NCBI GenBank assembly: GCA_029255365.1
Contig: JAPFQF010000036.1
Location: forward strand, 30,237-94,236
Length of the DNA stretch: 64,000 nucleotides
Reading direction: 5' to 3'
Source: Nitrosopumilus sp.
Lineage (GTDB): Archaea > Thermoproteota > Nitrososphaeria > Nitrososphaerales > Nitrosopumilaceae
Shown piece after piece: positions 39,257-49,490 of the stretch. The translations under genes were made by a program, and so were the position numbers. Under the pieces are notes generated by a model. It was given only the letters and a program-made list of their open reading frames with translations, did not search any database and was not told where the DNA came from. The first letter of the stretch is position 1, and every line of letters starts with the position of its first letter.

Positions 39257-39381
39257 GATGTTGGTAAAACCTCTTAACTAATATTTTTTAAAAAACCATT
39301 TCCAGCGATTAATTCAAGTTAATTTTCTTTACATGGAAGTCAAATCATGGTAATATTCACACCTTAACAGACCCTTTTATC

Positions 39382-40098
39382 GTGATTCAGTCATTGACCT
39401 CATTAGAAAAACAAGTAATTCAATTACGACAAAAGAAGCAAGAAGCAACTAAACTTCGTCAAAAAGCTGAAAATCAAGTCAAACAACTCCGTTCTGCAGA
39501 AAAACGTTCTTCTTCAGGTTTACAAACAATTGATAAAAAAATTGAATCTGATCGAGAAGAATCAGTCGATGTTTCAAACGTTCTTCTTAGAAAAAATGCT
39601 CAATTGGAAAGTATTGGAAGATTGGTAGCCACAGCAGAAGAAAGACTTGCCAAGGAAAAAGAGGCGATAGACCAGATTGAGCAAGAAATTGAATTTGCTG
39701 ACGGTCCTATTGAAAAGGAAAACGCTGAGGCCAGATTGCATTCATTAAATAATCATGTAAGTGAATTGTCTGAGGAAATCAAAATGAGACAAAAGACTGC
39801 TAAAAAGATTTCAGACGAGGTTACAAATTTCTCTGACATGCAGTCCAAAATTGCTTCAAAAATCCAAAAACAGACTAAATCAAAACCCTCTTTACGTAAA
39901 AATAAAGTTTCAAGCCACAAGGCAGCACAACAGTTTCTTAAAGATTTGGATAGAAAAATCAAAGCCGAAGAATCTGCTCAGAAATTATTGGAAAATGCAT
40001 ATTCAAAATTAAAAGAATCATCAGCACAGAAAAAGACTGCAGCTAAAAAGAGACCTGCACAGAAAAAGACTGCAGCTAAAAAGAAATCTAGACGCTAA
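39382..40098 (+). CDS. Coiled-coil protein with Lys/Ala-rich repeat tail
   Basis: Heptad-rich; C-terminal AQKKTAAKK x2. Confidence 0.78.
   Translation: MIQSLTSLEKQVIQLRQKKQEATKLRQKAENQVKQLRSAEKRSSSGLQTIDKKIESDREESVDVSNVLLRKNAQLESIGRLVATAEERLAKEKEAIDQIEQEIEFADGPIEKENAEARLHSLNNHVSELSEEIKMRQKTAKKISDEVTNFSDMQSKIASKIQKQTKSKPSLRKNKVSSHKAAQQFLKDLDRKIKAEESAQKLLENAYSKLKESSAQKKTAAKKRPAQKKTAAKKKSRR
40024..40084 (+). repeat. 28-bp direct repeat (33-nt period) encoding AQKKTAAKK
   Basis: GCACAGAAAAAGACTGCAGCTAAAAAGA at 40024 and 40057. Confidence 0.9.
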
Positions 40099-40327
40099 TC
40101 TTTAGAACCTACATCAAATTATTCTCTACAATATTGGTATGGATTATTTTATAATTTTTAAAACAAACATCCTGGGTTGACAATCCGAATCGCTGGACTG
40201 ATTGCATTTTTTTTAATAATTGATTTACCGTTACGTGTTCTTTTGCAACAGTTGACGCGTTTATCAATAACTAGTAAGCATAGAACTTCATTGAGCGGTG
40301 AGGCAATACGTCCGTTTATAGTGTTGG

Positions 40328-40597
40328 ATGAGATTGAAAAACAAATTGACTAGTTTCCATAATGTGACTGTAAAGGATTATGGAAAAATCAAAAGAGGAT
40401 TGAAAAAATCATTCAAAACAATTCCTTGTCTGAGTGACGACAGATCTGTGGTTGAAACTTTTGATATAATTTCGGGGGATTCCAAATTTCCAATAACCTA
40501 TTTCAAAACAAAGACACTCCAAATTCGGGAAGAATCGTCTAATAATTCTAAAAAAGTAATCGAAGTAATTCGAAATATTTTGGACGTTGCTTCTTAG
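40328..40597 (+). CDS. Hypothetical protein
   Basis: 89-aa ORF. Confidence 0.55.
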   Translation: MRLKNKLTSFHNVTVKDYGKIKRGLKKSFKTIPCLSDDRSVVETFDIISGDSKFPITYFKTKTLQIREESSNNSKKVIEVIRNILDVAS

Positions 40598-40690
40598 AAT
40601 CTGAATCTCAATTAATCATTGAATTTCTAATTGGCTTTAGTTGCAACTGGTGTGTACATAAAATAAAATAAATTTTGCAACGTAACTAAT

Positions 40691-41026
40691 CTATTCAGGA
40701 TTGATATCCATCTTACCAAATTTACCTTTGGTTAGGGATACTTGGCCTTTGAACTCATTGGTATATCCATTTGTAATGACGACTTTATCTCCAACATTTA
40801 CTGCTTTGATATCGTCACCCCACAAAGTGAGTTTCATTTGGTTTTCTTCAGATTTATCTTCGTTAGCTATTACTGCATCGCAAACATCCACTGTCCCACT
40901 TCCACTTTTGAGATTTACAGTTCTTGGTTCGCCTTTGCTTATGACTTCTGCATCAACATTAACTCCGCTTCGCATTTTCTTTGCGTCGGAAATTGGTATG
41001 TATTCTGACATTATTTTTGAGTCCAT
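40691..41026 (-). CDS. Single OB-fold ssDNA-binding protein (SSB/RPA-like)
   Basis: KLTLWGD, ITNGYTNEFKGQVSLTKGKFG. Confidence 0.88.
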   Translation of the reverse strand: MDSKIMSEYIPISDAKKMRSGVNVDAEVISKGEPRTVNLKSGSGTVDVCDAVIANEDKSEENQMKLTLWGDDIKAVNVGDKVVITNGYTNEFKGQVSLTKGKFGKMDINPE

Positions 41027-41131
41027 GGCGCACGATTATAAGCTTTGTTAAAAAATTAATCAAATTACCGATCAAATTTTCAATTTGCCTCAATAGTAAT
41101 CGAGAAATATCGGTCATTACACAATCTCGTT

Positions 41132-41232
41132 GCAGAGGTATCGAAGCCCGGTCAACCGAGAGGGACTCAAGATCCTCAAAATAGGAAATCCCTTCTCTCA
41201 GGAGTTCGTGGGTTCGAATCCCACCCTCTGCA
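41132..41232 (+). tRNA. tRNA-Leu(CAA) with an intron of about 16 nt (approx. 41172-41187)
   Basis: GCAGAGG acceptor, AGGGA-CT-CAA-G[intron]A-TCCCT, long variable arm, GGTTCGAATCC. Confidence 0.9.
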
Positions 41233-41276
41233 CTAAATTTTAATCAGCACTGACATATTTTGTAAAATTTTTAAAA

Positions 41277-41399
41277 TTATGCTACGATTGTCTTTACTCT
41301 GGTGACTGAATGCCTTGAAATTTTCTTGTGCATTTCGGCAATTTGATCGTCCTTGAAGGACAAATTGCATCTAAAACACTTCCAAATCATTTCGGTCAT
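41277..41399 (-). CDS. C2H2-type zinc-finger microprotein (40 aa)
   Basis: MTEMIWKCFRCNLSFKDDQIAEMHKKISRHSVTRVKTIVA; CxxCxxxF x8 H x5 H. Confidence 0.75.
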   Translation of the reverse strand: MTEMIWKCFRCNLSFKDDQIAEMHKKISRHSVTRVKTIVA

Positions 41400-41583
41400 G
41401 AGTTAATGAGGCATAAATAACTTATAAAGATATTGCATGATTGATCCAATTTGTTACAATACCTGATCATTGATCTAAAAAACATGTAATTTTTATAATT
41501 TTTTAGATCATAATGAAATTTTTTCATGACTAAATGCAAATCCAAGGGTTTAGAAACAAAAAATGTCCTACTATTTTTGAAAG

Positions 41584-42204
41584 ATGTTGGATATTTTTGA
41601 AATTTTTGGAGAATTTTCATATTTTGGAATTTTTCTTGCACTAATTGCAGTAAATGCATCTCCAATTTTGATGCCTCCCAGCTGGATAATTTTGACATCG
41701 TTTTATCTTCTTGATCCGACCCTGAATGTGGTAATTCTTGCAATGGTAGGGGCTACGGGAGCTACCATTGGCAGGTTTATTCTTAAACGGATTAGCGTGA
41801 TCTTTAGAAGATTTGTTGCTGAGGAACAAAAAACCAACCTTGACGTGATTGGGGATTATCTGAATCGAAAAAAATACGGCTATGTCATTGCATCTTTTTT
41901 GTTTGGCGCAACTCCGCTTCCAAGCAACATGCTGTTTATCGCTTACGGACTAATGCGTGCAAAGAGTATGGGAATTTATGTCGGATTTTGGTTTGGCAGG
42001 ACCATTTCATACATAATTATGATCCATTTCGGCAATGTCGTTTTGACTCCTTTCTTAGAAATATTCGAGGATCGTCTAACTGGAATTTTATTAATCGATG
42101 CTGCTGGCATTGGATTAATTGTCGTTTTTGCATCTGTCAATTGGACTCTTTTAATAACTCAGCGGAAAATAAAATTTGTCAGGCCAAAAATATGGAGATT
42201 CTAA
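41584..42204 (+). CDS. DedA/VTT-like membrane protein
   Basis: PP re-entrant segment, GATGATIG, TPLPSN. Confidence 0.75.
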   Translation: MLDIFEIFGEFSYFGIFLALIAVNASPILMPPSWIILTSFYLLDPTLNVVILAMVGATGATIGRFILKRISVIFRRFVAEEQKTNLDVIGDYLNRKKYGYVIASFLFGATPLPSNMLFIAYGLMRAKSMGIYVGFWFGRTISYIIMIHFGNVVLTPFLEIFEDRLTGILLIDAAGIGLIVVFASVNWTLLITQRKIKFVRPKIWRF

Positions 42205-42825
42205 ATGAAAGTTACTGATTCAATCAAAAATGAAGTCAAAGAAATAATGGTTGAAGACCCTGCACATGATTTTGAACATGTCATGAGAGTATACAAGAAT
42301 GCTCAAAAAATGTGCAAGTTAGAAAAGGCAAATGAGAAACTGGTTCTTGCCTCTGCACTGTTACATGACATTGCCTCCTACCCAAAATCTGACAAGCGTT
42401 CTAAACTGTCTTCTATCCAAAGTGCAAAAAAGTCAGAGCAAATTTTAAAAAATTTTGATTTCTCAAAAGAGGAAATTAGAATAATTTCCGACGCAATACG
42501 TGATCATAGCTTTTCCCAAAATAAAACCCCCGCGTCTCTTGAAGGAAAAATTCTTCAGGATGCTGACAGGTTGGATGCGTTGGGTGCAATAGGTATTGCA
42601 AGAGTTTTTGCTACGGGCGGATCACTCAAGCGACCGTTTTACAACATTGACGACCCCTTCTGTAAAACAAGAACGCCTGATGATAAAATTTGGACTGTTG
42701 ATCATTTCTTTCAAAAGTTGCTCAAGCTGGAATCTTTGATGAACACAAAATCTGGCAAGGCCGAAGCGAAAAAGAGAACTGCTGTGCTAAAGGAATTCTT
42801 AAAACAACTAAAGCAGGAAATTTAG
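42205..42825 (+). CDS. HD-domain phosphohydrolase
   Basis: HDFEHVMRV, LLHD, QDADRLDALGAIG. Confidence 0.92.
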   Translation: MKVTDSIKNEVKEIMVEDPAHDFEHVMRVYKNAQKMCKLEKANEKLVLASALLHDIASYPKSDKRSKLSSIQSAKKSEQILKNFDFSKEEIRIISDAIRDHSFSQNKTPASLEGKILQDADRLDALGAIGIARVFATGGSLKRPFYNIDDPFCKTRTPDDKIWTVDHFFQKLLKLESLMNTKSGKAEAKKRTAVLKEFLKQLKQEI

Positions 42826-43133
42826 CCGTAATCGACATATCTGTCGTAACGAATCTCAATCTCCTTGTTCTCCCCTGATTTTATCTTGGCATATTCCTCA
42901 TTCTTTCTACATTCGATATACTTGCAAATTTCTGTAAATTCCACATCCTTTGGATACGATTCAAAGACAGGTTCAACTAGGCGTAAATATTCCAGTGTTT
43001 TTTCTCTGAATTCTTCTCTGGTTGGTTTTTTGATTCCTTTCATTCTAAACCAAACTGCACTCCAACTTGCCCCTACAACATGTGGCAATAAGTCAAATGC
43101 TCTTTGAATCTCAAAACGTTCGTCGTTTCTCAT
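42822..43133 (-). CDS. Hypothetical protein
   Basis: 103 aa, overlaps hemB stop. Confidence 0.7.
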   Translation of the reverse strand: MRNDERFEIQRAFDLLPHVVGASWSAVWFRMKGIKKPTREEFREKTLEYLRLVEPVFESYPKDVEFTEICKYIECRKNEEYAKIKSGENKEIEIRYDRYVDYG

Positions 43134-44110
43134 GATTCCTGAAGAAATCTTGAAGCTGATTTTGCAAAATATGTCACTATCATGTCTGCTCCTGCTCTTT
43201 TAATCGAATATAAAATTTCAAGTGTGATGTCCTTTTCATTTACATAGCCTAGCTGTGAAGCGGCTTTTACCAATGCATATTCTCCAGACACGCTGTATGC
43301 TGAAACTGGAACGTTGTATTTTCTTCTTGTCTCTGAAATTAAATCCAGATACGCCAGTGCTGGTTTAATCATGACAATGTCAACGCCTTCTTGGATGTCT
43401 GTTTCCACTTCCATCATCGCTTCTCTTGCATTTGTATATGGAACTTGGTATGTCTTCCTATCTCCGAACTTTGGAGCACATTCTGCAGCGTCCCTGAATG
43501 GTGAGTAAAAGTTTGAACGATGTTTGGCAGAGTGTGACATTATTGATACGTCTGTAAACCCTTCACCGTCTAGTGCTTTTCGTATTGCTGCAACTTGACC
43601 GTCCATCATTGCAGATGGTGAAACGGTGTCGACTCCTGCTCTTGCTTGGCTGATTGCAATTTTTGCAAGCGTTTCAAGGCTGGTATCGTTATCGATTTTA
43701 TTTCCTTTGACGATTCCACAATGCCCCGTGGATGTGAATTGACACAAACAAACATCAGCCATGATTACTATTTTATCCCCAAATTTTTCTCTGATCTGAG
43801 AAATTGCTTTTTGAACAATTCCGCTATCGTCAAAAGCAGAACTTCCAGCTTCATCTTTCTGAGATGGAATTCCAAATAACATGATTGCTGGAATCCCTAA
43901 ATCTATTATTGATGCAACTTCATCATTGACATCGCCTAATGGCAGTCTTTCTATTTCTGACATTGATTCAATCTTTACTTTTTCTTTCAAATCTTCCTGA
44001 ACAAATACTGGACAGATGAAATCTTTTGGAGAAAGCGTGGTCTGTTGAACTAGTTCTCTCATCTTATCTGATGTTCTCAGTCGACGTAGACGTCTAGTTG
44101 GAAACGACAT
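43130..44110 (-). CDS. hemB: Porphobilinogen synthase
   Basis: DVCLCQFTSTGHCG, SAMMDG, FYSPFRDA, MIKPAL. Confidence 0.96.
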   Translation of the reverse strand: MSFPTRRLRRLRTSDKMRELVQQTTLSPKDFICPVFVQEDLKEKVKIESMSEIERLPLGDVNDEVASIIDLGIPAIMLFGIPSQKDEAGSSAFDDSGIVQKAISQIREKFGDKIVIMADVCLCQFTSTGHCGIVKGNKIDNDTSLETLAKIAISQARAGVDTVSPSAMMDGQVAAIRKALDGEGFTDVSIMSHSAKHRSNFYSPFRDAAECAPKFGDRKTYQVPYTNAREAMMEVETDIQEGVDIVMIKPALAYLDLISETRRKYNVPVSAYSVSGEYALVKAASQLGYVNEKDITLEILYSIKRAGADMIVTYFAKSASRFLQES

Positions 44111-44140
44111 GGTGAAATTCTCTTTAGGTAAAATATAATC

Positions 44141-45412
44141 CTAGTCTACTTGATTCTGTTTTTTATAGTCAAACAGTTTGCTTGCCATCTCTGCAACCTC
44201 TGGATTGCCCTGTTCCGACGCTTTTCTGATGTTGTTCATCGGGGTTGAGATGATGCTTTCCACAATCGCTTTTGTCAACTCGTCTATGATTTTGATCTTC
44301 CTCTCATCTTTTTCATCAAGCATTTGAAGTGCTTTTTGCAACTCCTTTTCTCTGAGATTTTCTATGTTCTTGAACACGTCTTTTACAAGTGGCTCTGCAT
44401 CTAGTCTTTTCATTAAGGCTTCTAATACAATTACTTCCTCATTAATTATATTTTCAACTGTTTTTACCTTATTCAATCTGGCATTCATGTTTTTTTCTAC
44501 CATCTCTGCAATTTGATCTAGGTTCATCAGTTTTACCCCCCCAATCGTTGCGACTTTTTCGTCGACTGTTCTGGGATTGGACAGATCCAAAATCATCATT
44601 CCATTGCTTTTGTTTTTCATGGCTTTTGTAATTCTTTCATTTGTGACAAGAAAGTATGGTGCAGTTGTTGCTACAAAAATCACATCATAGTTGTCAAATC
44701 TTGAAAGGACTGCTTCGAACTTGACTGGATTCCCGCCCATCGTTTCACAAAATGTTTCTGACCTACCTATCGTCCTGCTTGTAACGTCAAATGAGTAGCC
44801 CCTCCTCTGTAACGATTTTGCAACAAGAGTTGATACTTCTCCCGTTCCAATCAGCAACACTTTCTTTGTTTTTAATTCGTCAACGTTTTCTTCTGCGAGC
44901 TTTACTGCCATGGATCCGACTGAAATTCCTCCGGCACCAATACCGCTAGAGTTTCTGATCCTGGTCCCAATTCTAATCGCCTTGTCGAATAATGTGTTGA
45001 GATGCTGCCCTGACGCTTTTGCTTCTCTGGCAGATGTGATGGAGTTTTTTATTTGTCTTAAAATTTGCTCCTCTCCTAACACCATGGAGTCTAACCCTGA
45101 TGTCAGCTTCAACAAATGATGTAACGCGTCATGGTTTTCCACGAATTCCATGTTTTCATTAAATGCTTCTTTCTCAAGACCTGTGATCGTTGCCCATGTT
45201 TTCTTGATCTTGTCTAAATCATATGTTTTAGATTTTCCAAATATTTCGATTCGGTTGCATGTTTGAATAATTACACATTCGTCCAGCCCTGAGTCTTTTT
45301 TGAATCGCTCATACGCATTATTCATGTCCCTAATTGTAAATTTTTCAAGGATGTGAATTGGTGAGTTACGAAAAGTAACGCGTGCATTGATGATATTTTG
45401 ATTCATTTCCAA
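44141..45412 (-). CDS. hemA: Glutamyl-tRNA reductase
   Basis: TCNRIE, SGLDSMVLGEEQI, IGTGEV, DLSNPR. Confidence 0.96.
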   Translation of the reverse strand: MEMNQNIINARVTFRNSPIHILEKFTIRDMNNAYERFKKDSGLDECVIIQTCNRIEIFGKSKTYDLDKIKKTWATITGLEKEAFNENMEFVENHDALHHLLKLTSGLDSMVLGEEQILRQIKNSITSAREAKASGQHLNTLFDKAIRIGTRIRNSSGIGAGGISVGSMAVKLAEENVDELKTKKVLLIGTGEVSTLVAKSLQRRGYSFDVTSRTIGRSETFCETMGGNPVKFEAVLSRFDNYDVIFVATTAPYFLVTNERITKAMKNKSNGMMILDLSNPRTVDEKVATIGGVKLMNLDQIAEMVEKNMNARLNKVKTVENIINEEVIVLEALMKRLDAEPLVKDVFKNIENLREKELQKALQMLDEKDERKIKIIDELTKAIVESIISTPMNNIRKASEQGNPEVAEMASKLFDYKKQNQVD

Positions 45413-46056
45413 TTTCTCAATATTGTCCTGGCTCGTTTTTCAGCTTTTTTTATCTGACCGTCTTTTATTAACTGATCAATCTCATTATCCACCATGATAC
45501 TACGTAGGCATTCCCTTCTTTGGTCCTGAGTGGATATGATTTCTTTGGCTAACTCCCTTACCATTTTTTGAATCCTGATTTGAGCGATGTCTTCTTTGGT
45601 GATTATTTTTTTGAACAGTTTTTCTGACTTGTCTTTAATTTTTTTTGACATTGCAGGACTTCTTCCGCCAGTGAAAATTGCAATTTGTATGATGTTTTCA
45701 AAATCAATTATTGCCGGATTTGAAAAGTCACTGTCCTCTGGACTGTCAGAACTGTATACCATGATGCCTCTCTTTTTTGCATCTTTGATGATCCTCTGAT
45801 TTATTTTTCCGTCGTCTGTCGTTGTAATGATCAAATTGGGTTTTAGTTTTGAAATGAATCCAGTGTCTGTAATTTTTTGTTTCATTAATTTGATTTTTTT
45901 AGATTTGGCCAGTTCGTTGATTTGAGAATTTACTGAGTCGCTGATGACTATGATGTCGCATTCTTGTTTTAGTGCCGAGGCGATTCTCTTCTGTGCCTCA
46001 TTTCCGCCCCCTATGATGACTATTTTTTTATTTTGAAGATTAAGATCAACTATCAT
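45403..46056 (-). CDS. sirC: Precorrin-2 dehydrogenase (SirC/CysG N-terminal type)
   Basis: IIGGGNEA, DFSNPA, TGGRSPA. Confidence 0.9.
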   Translation of the reverse strand: MIVDLNLQNKKIVIIGGGNEAQKRIASALKQECDIIVISDSVNSQINELAKSKKIKLMKQKITDTGFISKLKPNLIITTTDDGKINQRIIKDAKKRGIMVYSSDSPEDSDFSNPAIIDFENIIQIAIFTGGRSPAMSKKIKDKSEKLFKKIITKEDIAQIRIQKMVRELAKEIISTQDQRRECLRSIMVDNEIDQLIKDGQIKKAEKRARTILRNWK

Positions 46057-46149
46057 CGATCAAATGAACTCCAGTTTCTATTTATGTATTAAAAATTGGA
46101 GCGTAAGATACTAGCTACATTTTTAATTGAACAGCAGGTTATTGACATA

Positions 46150-47175
46150 TTGTCTTCTCTGGATGAATCTGACAAGGAACTTCTAAATGAAATTCAATGG
46201 ACTTTTCCGCTTGTAACAAGACCTTTTGATGCAATTGCCAAAAAGTTTGATACCACCCCCGAAGACATCAAATCACGATTAAAAAAGTTAAAGAAAATTG
46301 GGGTTCTGAGACAACTAAGTGCAATTTTTGACACGAGAAAACTCGGTTACACAAGTTCCCTAGTTGCTATGGAGATTGAATCTGACAAATTAGAACAAGT
46401 TGCAAGCAAAATTAACGGCCATCCCGGCGTAAGTCATAACTATGAGCGAGATCATGAGTTTAATCTCTGGTTTACTTTAGCTGTTCCTCCTGGCGCTGAT
46501 TTGAAATCTGAGCTTGAAAAATTCAACGTTCTGAAAGGAATCAAAAAAGTCAGAATGCTTCCAACCTTACAGCTATTCAAAATCGGTGTCAAACTTGACA
46601 TGGTGGATGACAAGAAACATGATGTTGCACCTACTGAGGAGAAAAAAGAAATTAAAAATGTTGAATTTATTCCGACTGAAGACGATAAAGACTTCATCCG
46701 TGAATTGCAGAAAGACATGGATATCATCGACGAGCCTTTTGTACTTGCGGCAAAAAATCTTGGAATCACTGAGAATGAATTATTTGAAAAAATGAGATAT
46801 TATGAGGATATTGGCGTCATGCGAAGATTTGCTGCTATCCTGAGACATAGACAAGTAGGATTCACTGCAAATGGCATGATTGTATGGAAAGTTCCTGAAG
46901 ACAGAATTAAGCAAGTCGGCGAAACGTTAGGCTCATTTCCACAGGTAAGTCATTGTTATGAGAGACCTACCTATGCTGATTGGCCTTTCAATGTCTTTTC
47001 CATGATTCACTGCAAAACCCATAATGAGGCACATGAGGTGGCAAAAACAATTCAGCAACAAATCAATGTGGATGAATATGACATTCTTTTCAGCACCCGT
47101 GAATTCAAGAAAACGCGCGTTGAATATTTTGTAGAAAACTCATTCAGCTTGGAAGAATCAATTTCGGCATCTTAG
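46150..47175 (+). CDS. Fused siroheme decarboxylase AhbA/AhbB (NirD/L-like)
   Basis: Two Lrp-like halves with HPGVSHNYER and VSHCYERP; FPLVTRPF; probable TTG start 46150. Confidence 0.88.
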   Translation: MSSLDESDKELLNEIQWTFPLVTRPFDAIAKKFDTTPEDIKSRLKKLKKIGVLRQLSAIFDTRKLGYTSSLVAMEIESDKLEQVASKINGHPGVSHNYERDHEFNLWFTLAVPPGADLKSELEKFNVLKGIKKVRMLPTLQLFKIGVKLDMVDDKKHDVAPTEEKKEIKNVEFIPTEDDKDFIRELQKDMDIIDEPFVLAAKNLGITENELFEKMRYYEDIGVMRRFAAILRHRQVGFTANGMIVWKVPEDRIKQVGETLGSFPQVSHCYERPTYADWPFNVFSMIHCKTHNEAHEVAKTIQQQINVDEYDILFSTREFKKTRVEYFVENSFSLEESISAS

Positions 47176-47510
47176 AACTCGTTTTTATCATGTCCCACGA
47201 CATGAATTGTACAAAAGTATTGATCATTCATGTTGCAATAGTATGTGGAGTCCTCCCCGCATTCCCTGCATGGCGGCTTTTCATCTAGTTCTGACAATCT
47301 GGTGTGGTAGACCTTGCTTCTGGGTGTGACGTTTGAGTTTTTGTAGATTCTAGTTAGGTTCGAATAGTACTCTAATTCCTCGGGGTTTAGTTCTTGCTCG
47401 TTTTTGATTTTTTTAATCATGGATTCCCATTTTTTGTATTTGCCGATTTTGGCAAGTTTCATCATTTCAATGATCTCGACTGTCTTTTCTGAATCTATTG
47501 GGGTACTCAT
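47172..47510 (-). CDS. Hypothetical protein with C-terminal Zn-finger
   Basis: CREC...C...CTIH...H. Confidence 0.72.
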   Translation of the reverse strand: MSTPIDSEKTVEIIEMMKLAKIGKYKKWESMIKKIKNEQELNPEELEYYSNLTRIYKNSNVTPRSKVYHTRLSELDEKPPCRECGEDSTYYCNMNDQYFCTIHVVGHDKNEF

Positions 47511-47517
47511 TTACAGA

Positions 47518-48516
47518 TTAGTTTGTTTGAGGCGTTGCTTTTAATTCGTATGATGGCCAAGTGTTGTACAACTCGTCGATTTCTCTCATGTCAGAGTCTG
47601 AAATGTATTTTCCGTCTGACATTTCGGCATAACTGACAACTTCTTCCTCGCTGATCATTGTTGGAAGCACCGTTGCAAATCCTTTCTTTGTCATCATGAA
47701 TTTCATTGCAAATTCAGTAATGCTCAGTCCGTTCCTGTCCGCAATCGGTTTGAACTGTTCGACTTTTTCTAACGATGCCTTTAGCCACTCTCTTTTTCTT
47801 ACTGACCTGTGATCATTATCGTCGAATTTAGTGTCCGCATTTACTTTTCCCGTTAGAATTCCTGACGCCTCTGGAACTCTTACTAGAATGCCTACGTCTT
47901 TTTCTTCTGCTCTTTTCATCAGCTCGTTTCCTGGAGTTTGCTCTAGTATGTTGTAGACTGTTTGAACCGCGCTGAGATTTGGCTTTTCCATTGCTTCCAT
48001 TCCTTCCTGCGTCCATCCAATTGCAGGACCTAGAGCAATTTGATATGTTTTGATGGAACCTTCTTTGACAAAGCTGTCTAGTACGTTGAATATTGAATCG
48101 TTTCTTACATCTTTTAGTTTTGGATTGTGTACCCCGTACATGTCAACGTGATCTGTTTGCAATCTTTCCAAGCTGTTTTTCAATGCCATTCTGGTGAAAT
48201 CTTCGTCAAATCTTTGCGGAAGTTCCTTGTGCCCTATTTGTTCGACGTCGCTAAAGTCATAACCGTATTTTGTCGAAATGACAACCTCGTCCCTCATGTC
48301 TTTGAAGACTTCGCCGATTAGTTTTTCGCTTAATCCTTTGCCGTACAAGTCTCCTGTTTCAAAGAAGTTAATCCCAACATCGTATGCTTTTTTGAGCATT
48401 CTTTTTGCTTCATCCTCTTCGATTTTTTTGCCCCACCAATCAAGAGCAATTGCCCACGCTCCAAACCCTATCTCTGATATTTTTAAATCCGTTTTTCCGA
48501 GCTTGTTGTACTTCAT
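47518..48516 (-). CDS. Aldo/keto reductase
   Basis: LGKTDLKISEIGFG, YGKGLSE, SLERLQTDHVD. Confidence 0.92.
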   Translation of the reverse strand: MKYNKLGKTDLKISEIGFGAWAIALDWWGKKIEEDEAKRMLKKAYDVGINFFETGDLYGKGLSEKLIGEVFKDMRDEVVISTKYGYDFSDVEQIGHKELPQRFDEDFTRMALKNSLERLQTDHVDMYGVHNPKLKDVRNDSIFNVLDSFVKEGSIKTYQIALGPAIGWTQEGMEAMEKPNLSAVQTVYNILEQTPGNELMKRAEEKDVGILVRVPEASGILTGKVNADTKFDDNDHRSVRKREWLKASLEKVEQFKPIADRNGLSITEFAMKFMMTKKGFATVLPTMISEEEVVSYAEMSDGKYISDSDMREIDELYNTWPSYELKATPQTN

Positions 48517-48522
48517 CTTTAT

Positions 48523-49197
48523 CTATCCTAAACTCGAAATCAGCGGCATGATATCTTTTTTGACGCACACAATCATCGGAATGTCGTTTTTGACATAGGT
48601 TGAAACTTGGGTTTCCCTCAAATCCATGATGAGATCTTGGAAATCCCTGATATCGTCGACTTCAAATGCCAGCATGAAATCTTCGTCGTGTATTCCAAAA
48701 GAGTATGTTGTATTGAGGACTACTTGCGGATATTTTCTACTGACCTCTATGTGTTCGTCCATGATTTCCTGACGTTTTTCTTTTGGCAGCAGATACCATT
48801 CTCTTGTTTTTGTAAAAGGATAAACTATGACGTGTTTTTTTGGATCATTTCCTGTGAGAAACCCGTGAACCTTTTGCTCTTGCACGTATAGGGATGGCCT
48901 AGTGCATGACAAGTATGTTCTGGATGGGAGAATGTACTTGCCAAAGACTGTTTTGTATATTTTTTCAATTACGATCTGAATTTCCTCCACTGTTTTTGCT
49001 GCAAACCAAAACAAAAAGTCGGCATCGTCTCTTAATCCTAAATTTGAATATGTCCTATACATTATCCCTGAATTGTTGATTACGTTTTCAACTTCTTTTG
49101 CAGACTCTTCTTTTGCCAGATCTGCCATCCATCTCCATTTTGGGTCTACTTTGAAAAATGAGAAATTGAAATAGTATTGGTTATTTTCTTCTGCCAT
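48523..49197 (-). CDS. Chlorite dismutase-family protein, probable coproheme decarboxylase (ChdC/HemQ)
   Basis: YPFTK, WYLLP...RQEIMDEH, SFGIHD. Confidence 0.8.
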   Translation of the reverse strand: MAEENNQYYFNFSFFKVDPKWRWMADLAKEESAKEVENVINNSGIMYRTYSNLGLRDDADFLFWFAAKTVEEIQIVIEKIYKTVFGKYILPSRTYLSCTRPSLYVQEQKVHGFLTGNDPKKHVIVYPFTKTREWYLLPKEKRQEIMDEHIEVSRKYPQVVLNTTYSFGIHDEDFMLAFEVDDIRDFQDLIMDLRETQVSTYVKNDIPMIVCVKKDIMPLISSLG

Positions 49198-49243
49198 ACC
49201 ACCTCCAATTTTGAAACCCTATTTAAACAAAAAAGCAGATTCT

Positions 49244-49456
49244 CTATTGTAGAACCTCGATAATCTTATCAGATGACTTGTGGCCTGACTTTATTTGTAC
49301 TGATGCTGCTGATATTTTGAAATGTTTTGCAATTTTTTTAATGATTTCTTTGTTTGCCTCCCCTTTGATTGGTTTTGATTTTACCCCTATCGTAATTTGA
49401 TCATCTTCTATTTCTAAAAATTCCCTGGAAAATTCTACGTGAACTTTGTAAATCAA
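49244..49456 (-). CDS. DUF167 family protein
   Basis: PIKGEANKEII, GHKSSDK. Confidence 0.85.
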   Translation of the reverse strand: MIYKVHVEFSREFLEIEDDQITIGVKSKPIKGEANKEIIKKIAKHFKISAASVQIKSGHKSSDKIIEVLQ

Positions 49457-49490
49457 CAGTTTTTTGGAAAAATACTCTGTTTAAATTTGG

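Noticed and set aside
40109-40267. 52-aa minus-strand TTG ORF
   Set aside because: No motif; coding status unsupported
41396-41743. 115-aa minus-strand track ORF
   Set aside because: Antisense to the DedA-like gene and runs through AT-rich promoter DNA
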